A stretch of 64,000 bases of DNA from an uncultured Planctomycetia bacterium (GTDB taxonomy: Bacteria > Omnitrophota > Gorgyraeia > Tantalellales > Tantalellaceae), in the NCBI GenBank assembly GCA_964409365.1, contig CAYPCX010000007.1, positions 18,655 to 82,654 of the forward strand, in the 5' to 3' direction. The notes beneath the pieces were generated by a model. It was not told the origin of the DNA. It worked only from the letters and a program-made list of their open reading frames with translations, and searched no databases. Positions 1-10,303 of the stretch are shown here, piece by piece. A program made the translations under genes and the position numbers. Within the stretch, counting starts at the first letter, position 1. The number at the start of each line of letters is the position of its first letter.

Positions 1-966
<966 letters not shown>

Positions 967-1052
967 CAAGTACCAAGGATAAAGGAAAAAGGATACAGGA
1001 TAAAGTGGCAAGTAGCAAATGCCGAGTGTTGAGAAAATCAGGAGGAGGATTT

Positions 1053-1505
1053 ATGCGTAAACGAATAGTTGTTCTGGTATTGGTTCTTGTGTTCGGGTTT
1101 GCGGCACAAGCCTGTGCGCTGGTGGTGACCGCGAAGTCCGTATCCAGCGGTACGTATGAGGACGGTGATTATACGCCGGGCGCCGCCGGCAATTTCGAAG
1201 GGGAGTACATCGTCGACGAGGCGGGCGGTGAGGTGATCCTGGACAGGATAGTAACGAACAACAGGGAAGGCCGGTTAGAAGAAGGCGCGGAATATGACAT
1301 AACTAATATCGTTATGAGCGAAGGCCTCTCGTCGCTTCTTGTCGCCAGGAACAAGAAAGGGCAGAAGATATTCACCGCCGTGCGCGAGGACGACCTCAGC
1401 GCGGTCGAGGTCCTTATACTGGGCGAGGACTTTTACGAGTTCTGCCGCGCCGCCAACGGCAAGTTCTATCTCGAATACGGAGAGGTCACGGTAAGGTCCA
1501 GATAA
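1053..1505 (+). CDS. hypothetical secreted protein, N-terminal signal peptide
   Basis: ATG at 1053 preceded by aggaggagg RBS. N-terminus MRKRIVVLVLVLVFGFAAQACA is signal-peptide-like. No recognisable family. Confidence 0.5.
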   Translation: MRKRIVVLVLVLVFGFAAQACALVVTAKSVSSGTYEDGDYTPGAAGNFEGEYIVDEAGGEVILDRIVTNNREGRLEEGAEYDITNIVMSEGLSSLLVARNKKGQKIFTAVREDDLSAVEVLILGEDFYEFCRAANGKFYLEYGEVTVRSR

Positions 1506-1531
1506 TATGACGAATTGGCCGGAAAAGAAGA

Positions 1532-3436
1532 ATGGGAGAAAACGATATGTCTGAATCAAAAAAGGAACGGCTGACGGAAATAGAGAGCCTGCGGGAAGAG
1601 GTCCAGAAGCTCAGGGAGATAGGCCTTATCTACCAGCAGACGCTGCAGGAGTTGAAGATCAAGGAAAAGGCCATCGCGTCCTCCGTGAACGCTATCGCTT
1701 TTTTCGATCTCGAAGGGAACCTGATATATGCGAACGAAGGTTTTACCAGGATGTGGGGGTACGGCTCCGAACTGGATATCCTGGGGAAGCACGTTTCAGA
1801 TTTCTGGCAGGGGGAAGCAGGCATTGGCGATGTAATGAAGAACGTGCGCGATACCGGTAACTGGTTCGGCGAGCTGAACGCCAAAAAACGGGACGGGTCC
1901 CGGTTCGATGCCCAGCTCGTGGCGAGCGTGGTCAGGGACGACAGCGGGAACCCCACCTGTATCATGGCCTCGGTCATAGACGTCACGGACCGCAAGGAAT
2001 CCGAGGAGAAGTGGCATTCTCTTGTGCAGAACGCGCCGAACATCATCATGATCATCGACAGGGACGGGACGATATCGTTCATAAACCGCACCGTGCCCGG
2101 GTTCACCGCGGAGAACACGGTAGGCACGAAGGTCTACGATTATATAGAACCGTCTTTCCATGACGTTGTAAGGGAGACGACCGAACAGGTCTTTCGCACG
2201 AAAAAACCGGGGAAATACGAGATCGAGGGCGATGGCCCCGATGGTAACAGAGCATGGTACGAGACCCGGATCGGCCCCATAATGAAAGAGGAACAGGTCG
2301 TCGGGGCGACGCTGGTAGTGTCGGACATCACGGTGAGAAGGCGCGCGGAAGAGGCCCTTAGGGAATCGGAAGAGAAGTTCAGGACCATATACGACCATGC
2401 CATGGACGGTATACTCCTGGCCGAGACCGAGAGCAAGAAGCTCGTTGACTGTAACGACATGATGTCCAACAAGCTCGGGTACTCCCGGGAAGAGATCAGG
2501 CAGCTGAGCGTAAAAGATATCCACCCCGAGGGCGACCTTAAGCGTGTGGAAGACGTGTTTGAAAAGCAGGCCAGGGGCCAGATCATACTGGCAAAGGACA
2601 TCCCGATGCTCAGAAAGGACGGGAGTGTATTCTACGCCGAAGTGAACTCCGGCCCGGTTACCATAGAGGGGAAGCATTGTCTGATGGGTTTATTTCATGA
2701 CGTGACCGAACGCAAGGAGATGGAAGAAGCCCTGCGCCGGAGCGAGCAGAAATTCCGTTTAATAACGGAAAATACGAGCGATCTTATCGCTATCATGTCC
2801 CTGGATGGGGCATATAAATATCTCAGTCCTTCCCACAGTCAGTTGGGGTATCAACCGGAAGAGCTTATTGGAAGATCAGGCATGGATATGATACATCCGG
2901 AAGACAAAAAAAGACTCACGCCCGTGCTGGCCCGGTATTCTCTTGAAAGGATCAGGGAGATCGTCAGCAGGAGAAAAGAGGCATATGTTTACGAACACGT
3001 TGAGTTCCGTTTTCCTGACAAAAAAGGGGAATGGCACGATATGGAATCCACGGCCAACCTGATGAAGAGCCTTTCCGGGGAAGGGTATGATATATTGATG
3101 ATATCCCGCGACGTCACCAAGCGCAAGAAAGCCGAACACGAACTTAGTGAACAGAGAAAACTCCTGGACAAGACCAACAAGGAGCTGAAGTGGAAGGTGG
3201 AGGAGCTCGAAGCGGCTATAAGCCATATCAAGCGGCTGGAAGGGCTTGTGCCCATATGTGTGAATTGCAAGAAGATGCGCACCGAAGGCGGTGACCCGAA
3301 AGACCCGAAGGCGTGGATACCGCTTGAAAAGTACATTTCCGACAGGACGGACGCCAGCCTGACCCACGGGTTGTGCCCGGAATGTATAAAAAAGCTGTAC
3401 GGCGACCTTGCGCAGGGACAGGGGAAAGAAAAATAA
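1532..3436 (+). CDS. multi-PAS domain sensor protein with C-terminal Cys-rich CxxC...CPxC tail, no kinase domain
   Basis: 634 aa with several PAS/PAC-like repeats (ID(R/V)DG, DVT(D/E)RK motifs) and a coiled-coil segment. Ends with ICVNCKKMR...HGLCPECIKKLYG, a zinc-ribbon-like motif. A second possible ATG at 1547. Confidence 0.75.
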   Translation: MGENDMSESKKERLTEIESLREEVQKLREIGLIYQQTLQELKIKEKAIASSVNAIAFFDLEGNLIYANEGFTRMWGYGSELDILGKHVSDFWQGEAGIGDVMKNVRDTGNWFGELNAKKRDGSRFDAQLVASVVRDDSGNPTCIMASVIDVTDRKESEEKWHSLVQNAPNIIMIIDRDGTISFINRTVPGFTAENTVGTKVYDYIEPSFHDVVRETTEQVFRTKKPGKYEIEGDGPDGNRAWYETRIGPIMKEEQVVGATLVVSDITVRRRAEEALRESEEKFRTIYDHAMDGILLAETESKKLVDCNDMMSNKLGYSREEIRQLSVKDIHPEGDLKRVEDVFEKQARGQIILAKDIPMLRKDGSVFYAEVNSGPVTIEGKHCLMGLFHDVTERKEMEEALRRSEQKFRLITENTSDLIAIMSLDGAYKYLSPSHSQLGYQPEELIGRSGMDMIHPEDKKRLTPVLARYSLERIREIVSRRKEAYVYEHVEFRFPDKKGEWHDMESTANLMKSLSGEGYDILMISRDVTKRKKAEHELSEQRKLLDKTNKELKWKVEELEAAISHIKRLEGLVPICVNCKKMRTEGGDPKDPKAWIPLEKYISDRTDASLTHGLCPECIKKLYGDLAQGQGKEK

Positions 3437-3451
3437 AGGAGACAGTCTGAG

Positions 3452-3865
3452 ATGAGCGGGAAGGTCATATTTGTTCTGACGGTTCTTATCGCGTCTCTAT
3501 TGGCGCCCGGGTCTCTTTCAGCCCAGGGGAGAGATGAACGGTCCATGCAGAGGTATCCCGGGGGCGAATATGGTATGAGTATAGGCGGCGGGTATGCGAT
3601 GGCTCCCGACGGGGAGCTCATAGAGCCCTCAGAGTACCGCGACCCTTACATCGACACCGAATACGGGCCCCTGACCAGAAAGGGTTTTTTATTGTTCCCG
3701 GGATACGAAGTGGGCGGTTCCGCGGCGCCAAGGCCGGTCAAGGAAGAAAAGGCGAAGATAGAGGATTTCATTTTCCACGAAGCGACGACTTCCGCCGAAG
3801 AGACTACTACTACCATGCAGAGCGATCTTTGGGGAGTATATTCGCCGGGAGATGAAAGCGAATAG
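3452..3865 (+). CDS. hypothetical secreted protein
   Basis: Signal-peptide-like N-terminus MSGKVIFVLTVLIASLLAPGSLSAQG. Acidic C-terminal tail. No family recognised. Confidence 0.45.
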   Translation: MSGKVIFVLTVLIASLLAPGSLSAQGRDERSMQRYPGGEYGMSIGGGYAMAPDGELIEPSEYRDPYIDTEYGPLTRKGFLLFPGYEVGGSAAPRPVKEEKAKIEDFIFHEATTSAEETTTTMQSDLWGVYSPGDESE

Positions 3866-3883
3866 TAAAATTCCGCGCAAGTC

Positions 3884-3911
3884 TTGCATGTTAGACCATA
3901 ATAAGTATACT
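3884..3911 (+). promoter_or_regulatory. putative sigma70-type promoter upstream of receiver gene
   Basis: TTGCAT at 3884-3889, 16-nt spacer, TATACT at 3906-3911, about 50 nt upstream of the ATG at 3963. Confidence 0.3.
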
Positions 3912-3962
3912 TTAGGTGACATTTATAGTATTAATTTTATATAAGCGCTTTTTGGGGCGGAG

Positions 3963-4349
3963 ATGGAAGACAGAAGCTATAAAGCCAAGTTGCTTATCGC
4001 GGATGACGAGCTGAATATCAGGGATATACTCAGGGATTTTTTTATACGGAAGAAATACCAGGTGGACACGGCCTCAAGCGGGAGAGAGGTCGTGGAGAAA
4101 CTGAAGCAAGACAAGCCGGACATACTGCTTCTCGATCTGAGGATGCCGGATATGACCGGGGAAGAAGTGCTCAAGTTCATTGACGACAATAAGATAAACG
4201 TCGGCATCATCATAATTACGGGTTACCCGGGTGAGGTCAAGAACAGGAAACTCCTTAACAGGACCTATGATTTCGTGGTGAAGCCGTTCGATCTGGATTA
4301 TCTGAACAACACGGTCTTGACAAAGGTGATCCTTCTTACCGAGGGATAG
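3963..4349 (+). CDS. single-domain response regulator (CheY-like receiver)
   Basis: KLLIADDE...ILLLDLRMPDMTGEEVL...VVKP receiver signature. 128 aa, no output domain. Confidence 0.8.
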   Translation: MEDRSYKAKLLIADDELNIRDILRDFFIRKKYQVDTASSGREVVEKLKQDKPDILLLDLRMPDMTGEEVLKFIDDNKINVGIIIITGYPGEVKNRKLLNRTYDFVVKPFDLDYLNNTVLTKVILLTEG

Positions 4350-4363
4350 GGTTTATAAGCGAT

Positions 4364-5437
4364 ATGACGAAGATATTCGTATTGGCTTTTGGCGCGTCAG
4401 TGATATTCACGTGGCTGGCCATCAGGTTAGCCTCGAAGCTCCGCATTTTTGACCAGCCTGAGGAGAGGAAGATCCATAAGAGGCCTGTTCCGCTTCTCGG
4501 CGGGGTGGCCGTGTTCGGCGCTTACGCGCTCGCGCTTCTTCTGAACTTTCATTTTTCGTGGGCGCTTAAAGGGGTGGTGATCGCTTCTTTCATCATCATG
4601 CTCTCCGGGCTTTTTGATGACGTGAAAAAGCTTCCCGCCGCGGCAAGGCTTATCGTGCAGATATTGTGTTCGCTGGTCGTCGTTTACTGCGGCATACGCA
4701 TCAATATAATCCCCGATGACCTTCCTTTTGCCGTTACCCTCGAGACGCTGATAACCGTGTTCTGGATAGTTGGCATAACCAACGCGCTGAATTTCATGGA
4801 CGGGATCGACGGCCTGGCCGCGGGGATGTCGTTCATTGTCTCGGGCACGTTCTTCATAATAGCTTACCAGACGGGACAGCCGTATTTCGCGTTCCTGAAC
4901 ATAGCCCTGGCGGGAGCGAGCCTGGGGTTCCTTGTGTTCAATTTCCACCCGGCCAGGATATTCCTGGGCGACGCCGGGAGCAGTTTCCTGGGTTTCACCC
5001 TGGCGTCCCTGGCGGCGATGGGAGAGTGGGCCGAGAAGAGGCCTATCGTCGCCCTGAGCATACCGCTTTTGCTCCTGGCGATACTTATATTCGACATGGT
5101 CTACATCACGATCTCCCGTATCGCGCGCGGTACTGTCAGGACGTTCAAGGAATGGATAGAGTACGTGGGAAGGGACCACCTTCACCACCGGCTTATCGGA
5201 ATGGGTTTCACGCAGGTCCAGACGGTCCTGTTCATTTATCTGGTGAACGTGATATTCGCTCTCGGGGCTCTCGTGCTCATGAAAGCGACCACCGCCCAGG
5301 CGATACTGCTCCTGTCGCAGGGTGTGTGCTTCCTGGTCATAGTTACGGTGCTCATGGTCGTGGGCAAGAACCATCTCGATAAGAGCCGTTTTTATGAAGA
5401 ACAGTTGAAAGAGGCCAGACAAAACAATTCTGTGTAA
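4364..5437 (+). CDS. polyprenyl-phosphate N-acetylhexosamine-1-phosphate transferase (WecA/MraY family)
   Basis: Polytopic membrane protein with NALNFMDGIDGLAAG and DAGS motifs typical of the WecA/MraY/WbpL family. Confidence 0.85.
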   Translation: MTKIFVLAFGASVIFTWLAIRLASKLRIFDQPEERKIHKRPVPLLGGVAVFGAYALALLLNFHFSWALKGVVIASFIIMLSGLFDDVKKLPAAARLIVQILCSLVVVYCGIRINIIPDDLPFAVTLETLITVFWIVGITNALNFMDGIDGLAAGMSFIVSGTFFIIAYQTGQPYFAFLNIALAGASLGFLVFNFHPARIFLGDAGSSFLGFTLASLAAMGEWAEKRPIVALSIPLLLLAILIFDMVYITISRIARGTVRTFKEWIEYVGRDHLHHRLIGMGFTQVQTVLFIYLVNVIFALGALVLMKATTAQAILLLSQGVCFLVIVTVLMVVGKNHLDKSRFYEEQLKEARQNNSV

Positions 5438-5457
5438 ACAGCGGGGGACTTGAGGTT

Positions 5458-6270
5458 ATGGACTTTTTGACTTACTGGCACATGGAAGAGAAACCGTTCG
5501 AGAACACGGGGGACCCGAAGTTCTTCTACTATTCTCCCTGTCACAAGGAAGCGCTGGTGAGGCTGATCTACGTCATAAGGCAGAACAAGGCGGGGGCCCT
5601 GCTTGCCGGGGATTACGGGACGGGAAAGACGACCATCGCCCACGAGCTTTTGATGGAGATAGAGCAGAGCGACCGGTATTGCAGCGTGTATATAAGCAAT
5701 CCCCTGCTGTCGCCGGAAGAGCTCATACAGGAAATAGCTTACCAGCTCGGGATCACGCAGGAGGGCGCCTCGCGCCTGCAGCTGAAACGCATGATAGAGG
5801 AACGCCTGCACCAGGTGGCGGAGGAGAACAACCATACCATAATAATCGTCGACGAGGCGCATCTGATAACCAACAAAGAGGTGCTCGAAGAACTGCGCCT
5901 CATGATGAACCTGCAGGTAAGGAACCGCTTTCTGGCGACGATAATCATGATGGGCCAGCTTGAACTGAGGGATATAATCAACGCCATGCCGCAGTTCAAA
6001 CAGCGGTTCGCTATATTCTACGTGCTCAGGAACCTGGACGAGGATGAGACGCTCAAATATGTCCAGCACCGGCTGGGCGTGGCCGGGGCCAAATATACCA
6101 TATTCGACGACGAGGCGAACAGCCTGATATTCAGGTCATCCAGCGGGAGGCCGCGGCAGATAAACAACATCTGCGATATGGCTCTTCTTGTGGGGTACAT
6201 GAAAAAACTGGATGTGATCAACGGGCAGGTGATCCGGGAGGTAGTCAAGGATCTGGGAAGCGAGATCTGA
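5458..6270 (+). CDS. ExeA/GspA-like AAA ATPase of the type found in PEP-CTERM/exosortase EPS loci
   Basis: Walker A GDYGTGKTT and Walker B IIIVDEAH. Size and order match the ExeA-like secretion ATPase that accompanies Wza/Wzc in PEP-CTERM-type loci. Confidence 0.8.
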   Translation: MDFLTYWHMEEKPFENTGDPKFFYYSPCHKEALVRLIYVIRQNKAGALLAGDYGTGKTTIAHELLMEIEQSDRYCSVYISNPLLSPEELIQEIAYQLGITQEGASRLQLKRMIEERLHQVAEENNHTIIIVDEAHLITNKEVLEELRLMMNLQVRNRFLATIIMMGQLELRDIINAMPQFKQRFAIFYVLRNLDEDETLKYVQHRLGVAGAKYTIFDDEANSLIFRSSSGRPRQINNICDMALLVGYMKKLDVINGQVIREVVKDLGSEI

Positions 6271-6272
6271 TC

Positions 6273-7346
6273 ATGGTCGATTTTCACAAAGGGTTTGAGG
6301 GGTTCGAAAGGCTGGATTCTTCCAAAGAAGGGAAGAAGGAAGAAGATCTTTCGCTGTCCGGCAAGCAGCGGGAACCGGAACAGCAGGTGGAAGGTCTTGT
6401 GCCCTCCAGGTCCGACCTGGCCAAGGCCGAGGCCTTTTACGAGAACGTCCTGGATTTTGTCAGGCCCTTGCTCGATAAGGTAAAGGAAGGCAGCGAAAGC
6501 CAGATCAAGGCCGAAGAGATCCTCGGCTGGGTGGACGAATTCAGCGATTGTTTCCGCACCAGCATCGCCTCCGGCGACCTTGTGCGGCTTGCCCTGCAGC
6601 ATGATGAGTATCAGGAGAACTATCTCTATACCCATTCGGTGAACGTCTGTTTCCTGGCGGTAAAAGTGGCCCTTGACCTTAATTTCACCAAAGGCAAACT
6701 TTCGGAGCTCGTGATGGCGTCCCTTTTGCATGACATAGGCATGATGAAGATACCCGAGCATATATGGAACAAGGACGGGCGTCTCACGAAGGCGGAGAAC
6801 GAAGAAGTCCAGAAGCACGCGCTGTACGGGGAAGAGATCGTCAGGGCCCTGCCGGGCATTCCCGAGGCGGTCCCCGTTATCATAGGGCAGCACCAGGAGA
6901 GGATCGACGGGTCCGGGTATCCGAGGCACCTGACGAAGGATGCCATACATTACGGGGCTCGTCTTTTGGCCCTGATAGACAGTTATGAAGCGCAGACGCA
7001 CACCAGGCTGTGGAGGCGGCGCACGCTGCCCGACAGGGCCATACAGGGCATACTTGATTCGGAGAGCAACGGTTACGATCCGCATTTCATGAAAGCCATG
7101 CTGAGGCATATATCCATATTCCCGGTAGGTTCGTGGGTAAAGATAAGTTCCGGGGACATCGGGATGGTGATAAAGACCAACGAGGATACGCCGATGAGGC
7201 CGGTCATAAGCGTGGTGATGAGCCGCGACCGCAACAGGTTCGAGGAACCGAGGATGATAGACCTGTCCAAACAGTTCCTTATACACGTATTAGAGTGCAT
7301 AGACCCGAGAGAGATCGAAGGTCTGCAGGGGGTGAAGACAGAATGA
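6273..7346 (+). CDS. HD-GYP domain phosphodiesterase (c-di-GMP signalling)
   Basis: LLHDIGMMKIP (HD) and RIDGSGYPRHL (GYP) motifs in the C-terminal half. Confidence 0.8.
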   Translation: MVDFHKGFEGFERLDSSKEGKKEEDLSLSGKQREPEQQVEGLVPSRSDLAKAEAFYENVLDFVRPLLDKVKEGSESQIKAEEILGWVDEFSDCFRTSIASGDLVRLALQHDEYQENYLYTHSVNVCFLAVKVALDLNFTKGKLSELVMASLLHDIGMMKIPEHIWNKDGRLTKAENEEVQKHALYGEEIVRALPGIPEAVPVIIGQHQERIDGSGYPRHLTKDAIHYGARLLALIDSYEAQTHTRLWRRRTLPDRAIQGILDSESNGYDPHFMKAMLRHISIFPVGSWVKISSGDIGMVIKTNEDTPMRPVISVVMSRDRNRFEEPRMIDLSKQFLIHVLECIDPREIEGLQGVKTE

Positions 7347-8152
7347 AGGGAAAATACCGGAAGGTTTACGCAGTATCCCTGGTCCTGGCTATGACGGTAA
7401 TGGTGGCCTTGGGCGGCGCCGGGTGCGCCCGCACGGCCGCGCCCAGGGGCAAGCTTGATTATTCTCTTTACGCTCCCGAAGGGTCGATGATCTCCGAAGG
7501 CCAATATGTCATCGGCGTAAGGGATGAGCTTGATGTTTTTGTGTGGAGGTGCCCGGAGCTGGATTCCAGCGTGACCGTAAGGCCCGAAGACGGGAAGATA
7601 ACCCTTCCCTTGATAGGCGACGTGAAGGCCGCCGGCCTTACCCCGAAACAACTCGCCAAGTCCATAAGCAAAAGAATGGAGTATTACGTCAAAGAGCCTA
7701 AAATAGCCGTAGGCGTGAAGAAGTTCGGGGAAAAGAAAGTCTACATCATGGGAGAGGTCATCAGCCAGGGGACTTACAGGCTGGAAAGGAGCGACAGGAT
7801 CATAGATCTTATAACGAGGGCGGGCGGGTTCACACCCGACGCCGTGCCCTCGACTACGTATATCGTGAGAGGTAATTACCATGATCACAAGACAGTGAGG
7901 GTAAATCTGGCCAGGCTGCTGCACGAGGGGGACATGACGCAGAACGTGTACCTCGAGGAAGGCGATATAGTGTATGTGCCCGAGGACCTGATAGATAATT
8001 ATAACCGGGCGCTGCAGAAGATATTCCCCACACTGTTCTTCGCGCAAAAGGTGGGAGAACTGAAGCTCGATATAATGAGAGAAAGATTTGACTGGCATGA
8101 GGTTTGGAATAAAATGGGCGATAAGGATTACACCAGACCGGGCGCGGATTGA
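7343..8152 (+). CDS. polysaccharide export outer-membrane protein (Wza/Poly_export family), lipoprotein-type signal
   Basis: Start ATG 7343 overlaps the previous stop (ATGA). Signal LAMTVMVALGGAGCA. Poly_export/SLBB signatures (PLIGDVKAAGLTPKQL, GEVISQGTY, EGDIVYVPE). Confidence 0.85.
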   Translation: MKGKYRKVYAVSLVLAMTVMVALGGAGCARTAAPRGKLDYSLYAPEGSMISEGQYVIGVRDELDVFVWRCPELDSSVTVRPEDGKITLPLIGDVKAAGLTPKQLAKSISKRMEYYVKEPKIAVGVKKFGEKKVYIMGEVISQGTYRLERSDRIIDLITRAGGFTPDAVPSTTYIVRGNYHDHKTVRVNLARLLHEGDMTQNVYLEEGDIVYVPEDLIDNYNRALQKIFPTLFFAQKVGELKLDIMRERFDWHEVWNKMGDKDYTRPGAD

Positions 8153-8194
8153 TATTTATAATAAAACGTGAAAGGCTGATGCGGAGGATGGAAA

Positions 8195-10183
8195 ATGCCT
8201 GAATACGGTTTGAATTTGTGGGATTACTGGCGAATAATCTACAAGAGGAAGTGGATCATCATCGCGGTATTTCTTGTTTCGGTGATCAGTGCGCACTTTT
8301 TCGGCGAGAAGACCATACCTATCTACAAGTCGACCGTCACCTTATATGTGAACATGCAGAGGACTCCTATAGCCGAGATCACCGGGTCCGGCGTCACCTT
8401 CTGGGGGGGAGGCGGGGTGGATATCACCACCCAGCTCGAGCTTATAAAGAGTTACAACACGTTGAAGGACGTAGCCTTGAAACTGGGCTATATCACGCCG
8501 GAGACGGACAGCGATAAGATCCAGGCGATCGTGTCTTCCCTGAGGGTCAGGATATCCGTGGAGGAGCAGCCGAACACGGACCTCGTGGATATTACCGCCA
8601 CGGACGCCAATCCCGAAAAGGCCAAGGCTATCGTGGAAACGGTAGCGGAAGTGTTCATACAGAAGCACTGGGAGAGGAAGATAGAGGAGACCAGGAACAC
8701 CAAGGAGTTCGTCGAAAGCCAGCTCAAAAAGATGGACGAGACCATGACCAACATCAAGAGGAAACTGAAAGCCCTTGGCGTGGAGGCGCAGGTGGAAGGC
8801 GCCATACCTTCCGGGGCCATGGATTTCGGGACCCGCCTCCTCCAGCTGAAATTCGAACTGAGCAACCTGGAAGCGCGTTACACGGATAACTACCCGAGGA
8901 TCATCAATATCAAGGAAGAGATAAAGAACATAGAAAAGCAGCTGGGCACGGCGCACGATGAGATACCGGATTCCGAGCTGGAAGTCGTCGACGCGGAAAG
9001 GCTCAGGAACGAGCTTGTCATCAACCAGAAACTGTACGCTCTTCTTAAAGAGAGGTACGAAAGGGCAAGTATCCTCGAGGCTTCAAAGACAAAGGATATC
9101 GAGATCGTTAATCCCGCGACAAAACCGCGTGCTCCCGCGACGACGCCGGCTTCGGCCAACATATTTTTCGGGGGAGTGATAGGTCTTGTCCTGGGCCTGG
9201 TGGCGGCGTTCATCACGGAGAGCCTCGATACCTCCATAGGGACGATAGAGGACGTCGAGGAATATCTTCACATGCCCGTTCTCGGGGTCATACCCCAGAT
9301 CGAGGTGAGCAAGAAAGACAGCTTGGATTTCTGGAAAGAACCCCCGCCGCCCGAAGAACGTAAAAAGATCACCGAGATCATGGGACGCCTCGTCACCCTT
9401 TACCAGCCCAAGTCCTCTGTTTCGGAAGCGTACAGGAACCTCCAGACGTACATAAAGTTCTCCGGTTTGGACAAGTTCGGCAACTGCATGATGTTCACCA
9501 GCGCGGGGGTCCGGGAGGGTAAAACTATAACGAGCGTCAATTCCGCTCTCAGCATGGCCCAGCTGGGGTACAAGGTCCTGTTGATAGACGCTGATCTCAG
9601 GAGGCCTTCCGTCCATAAGGTCTTCGGCATAAAAAGGGAGATAGGCCTGACGGAGGCGGTGCTGGGGACTTTCAAGATAGAGGACGTGGTCAAATCCGTG
9701 GACGACATCATGCTGGGTAATATCAAATCGAGCTTGATACTCAAGACGTACGGTATGGAGAACCTCAACATAATAACGGCGGGTCACATGGCGGCTAACC
9801 CGACAGAGATCCTGAGCTCCCAGAACATGTCATCGTTCATAAAAGAGGTGAAAGATAAGTTCCAGGTCGTATTTTTTGATTCCGCGCCGATCCTCCCCGT
9901 AACGGATTCATGTATACTGAGCTCAAAGATGGACGGCGTGATACTCGTATATGAGGTAGGCAGGGTCTCCCGGGGTGCTTTGCGCCGGAGTAAGATGCAG
10001 GTAGAGAACGCCAAAGGCAGGCCGATCGGCGTCGTCCTGAACAATATGAGGGCTTCGGACATGAGGTTCGGATCGCCTTTCTATTATTATTACCAGAAAT
10101 ATTACGGCGAAGAGCCCGAGGAAGAGAAGGGCCATCCGGCGGAGAAAAAAGAGTCGGCCGAAAAGGATTCTTCCAAAGGGTGA
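8195..10183 (+). CDS. fused chain-length determinant (Wzz) / BY-family tyrosine autokinase (Wzc-like)
   Basis: N-terminal Wzz-like TM and coiled-coil region. C-terminal P-loop FTSAGVREGKT, Walker A' LLIDADLRRPS, Walker B VFFDSAP. C-terminal Tyr cluster FYYYYQKYYGE. Confidence 0.85.
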   Translation: MPEYGLNLWDYWRIIYKRKWIIIAVFLVSVISAHFFGEKTIPIYKSTVTLYVNMQRTPIAEITGSGVTFWGGGGVDITTQLELIKSYNTLKDVALKLGYITPETDSDKIQAIVSSLRVRISVEEQPNTDLVDITATDANPEKAKAIVETVAEVFIQKHWERKIEETRNTKEFVESQLKKMDETMTNIKRKLKALGVEAQVEGAIPSGAMDFGTRLLQLKFELSNLEARYTDNYPRIINIKEEIKNIEKQLGTAHDEIPDSELEVVDAERLRNELVINQKLYALLKERYERASILEASKTKDIEIVNPATKPRAPATTPASANIFFGGVIGLVLGLVAAFITESLDTSIGTIEDVEEYLHMPVLGVIPQIEVSKKDSLDFWKEPPPPEERKKITEIMGRLVTLYQPKSSVSEAYRNLQTYIKFSGLDKFGNCMMFTSAGVREGKTITSVNSALSMAQLGYKVLLIDADLRRPSVHKVFGIKREIGLTEAVLGTFKIEDVVKSVDDIMLGNIKSSLILKTYGMENLNIITAGHMAANPTEILSSQNMSSFIKEVKDKFQVVFFDSAPILPVTDSCILSSKMDGVILVYEVGRVSRGALRRSKMQVENAKGRPIGVVLNNMRASDMRFGSPFYYYYQKYYGEEPEEEKGHPAEKKESAEKDSSKG

Positions 10184-10303
10184 TCTTGCTTCCGGGAGGG
10201 CAAAATTAGGCTTCCAGAATTTCCCCAGACCAACTACAAGATCGCGATAACCCTCTTTTTCGTCATACTTGCTTCCATCATTTTCATAAGGTCGATATTC
10301 GAG

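Noticed and set aside
4427-5422. 331-aa minus-strand ORF.
   Set aside because: Antisense to the WecA-like transferase. Arg/His-rich low-complexity translation.
6018-7286. 422-aa minus-strand ORF.
   Set aside because: Antisense to the HD-GYP gene and part of the ExeA-like gene. No recognisable motifs.
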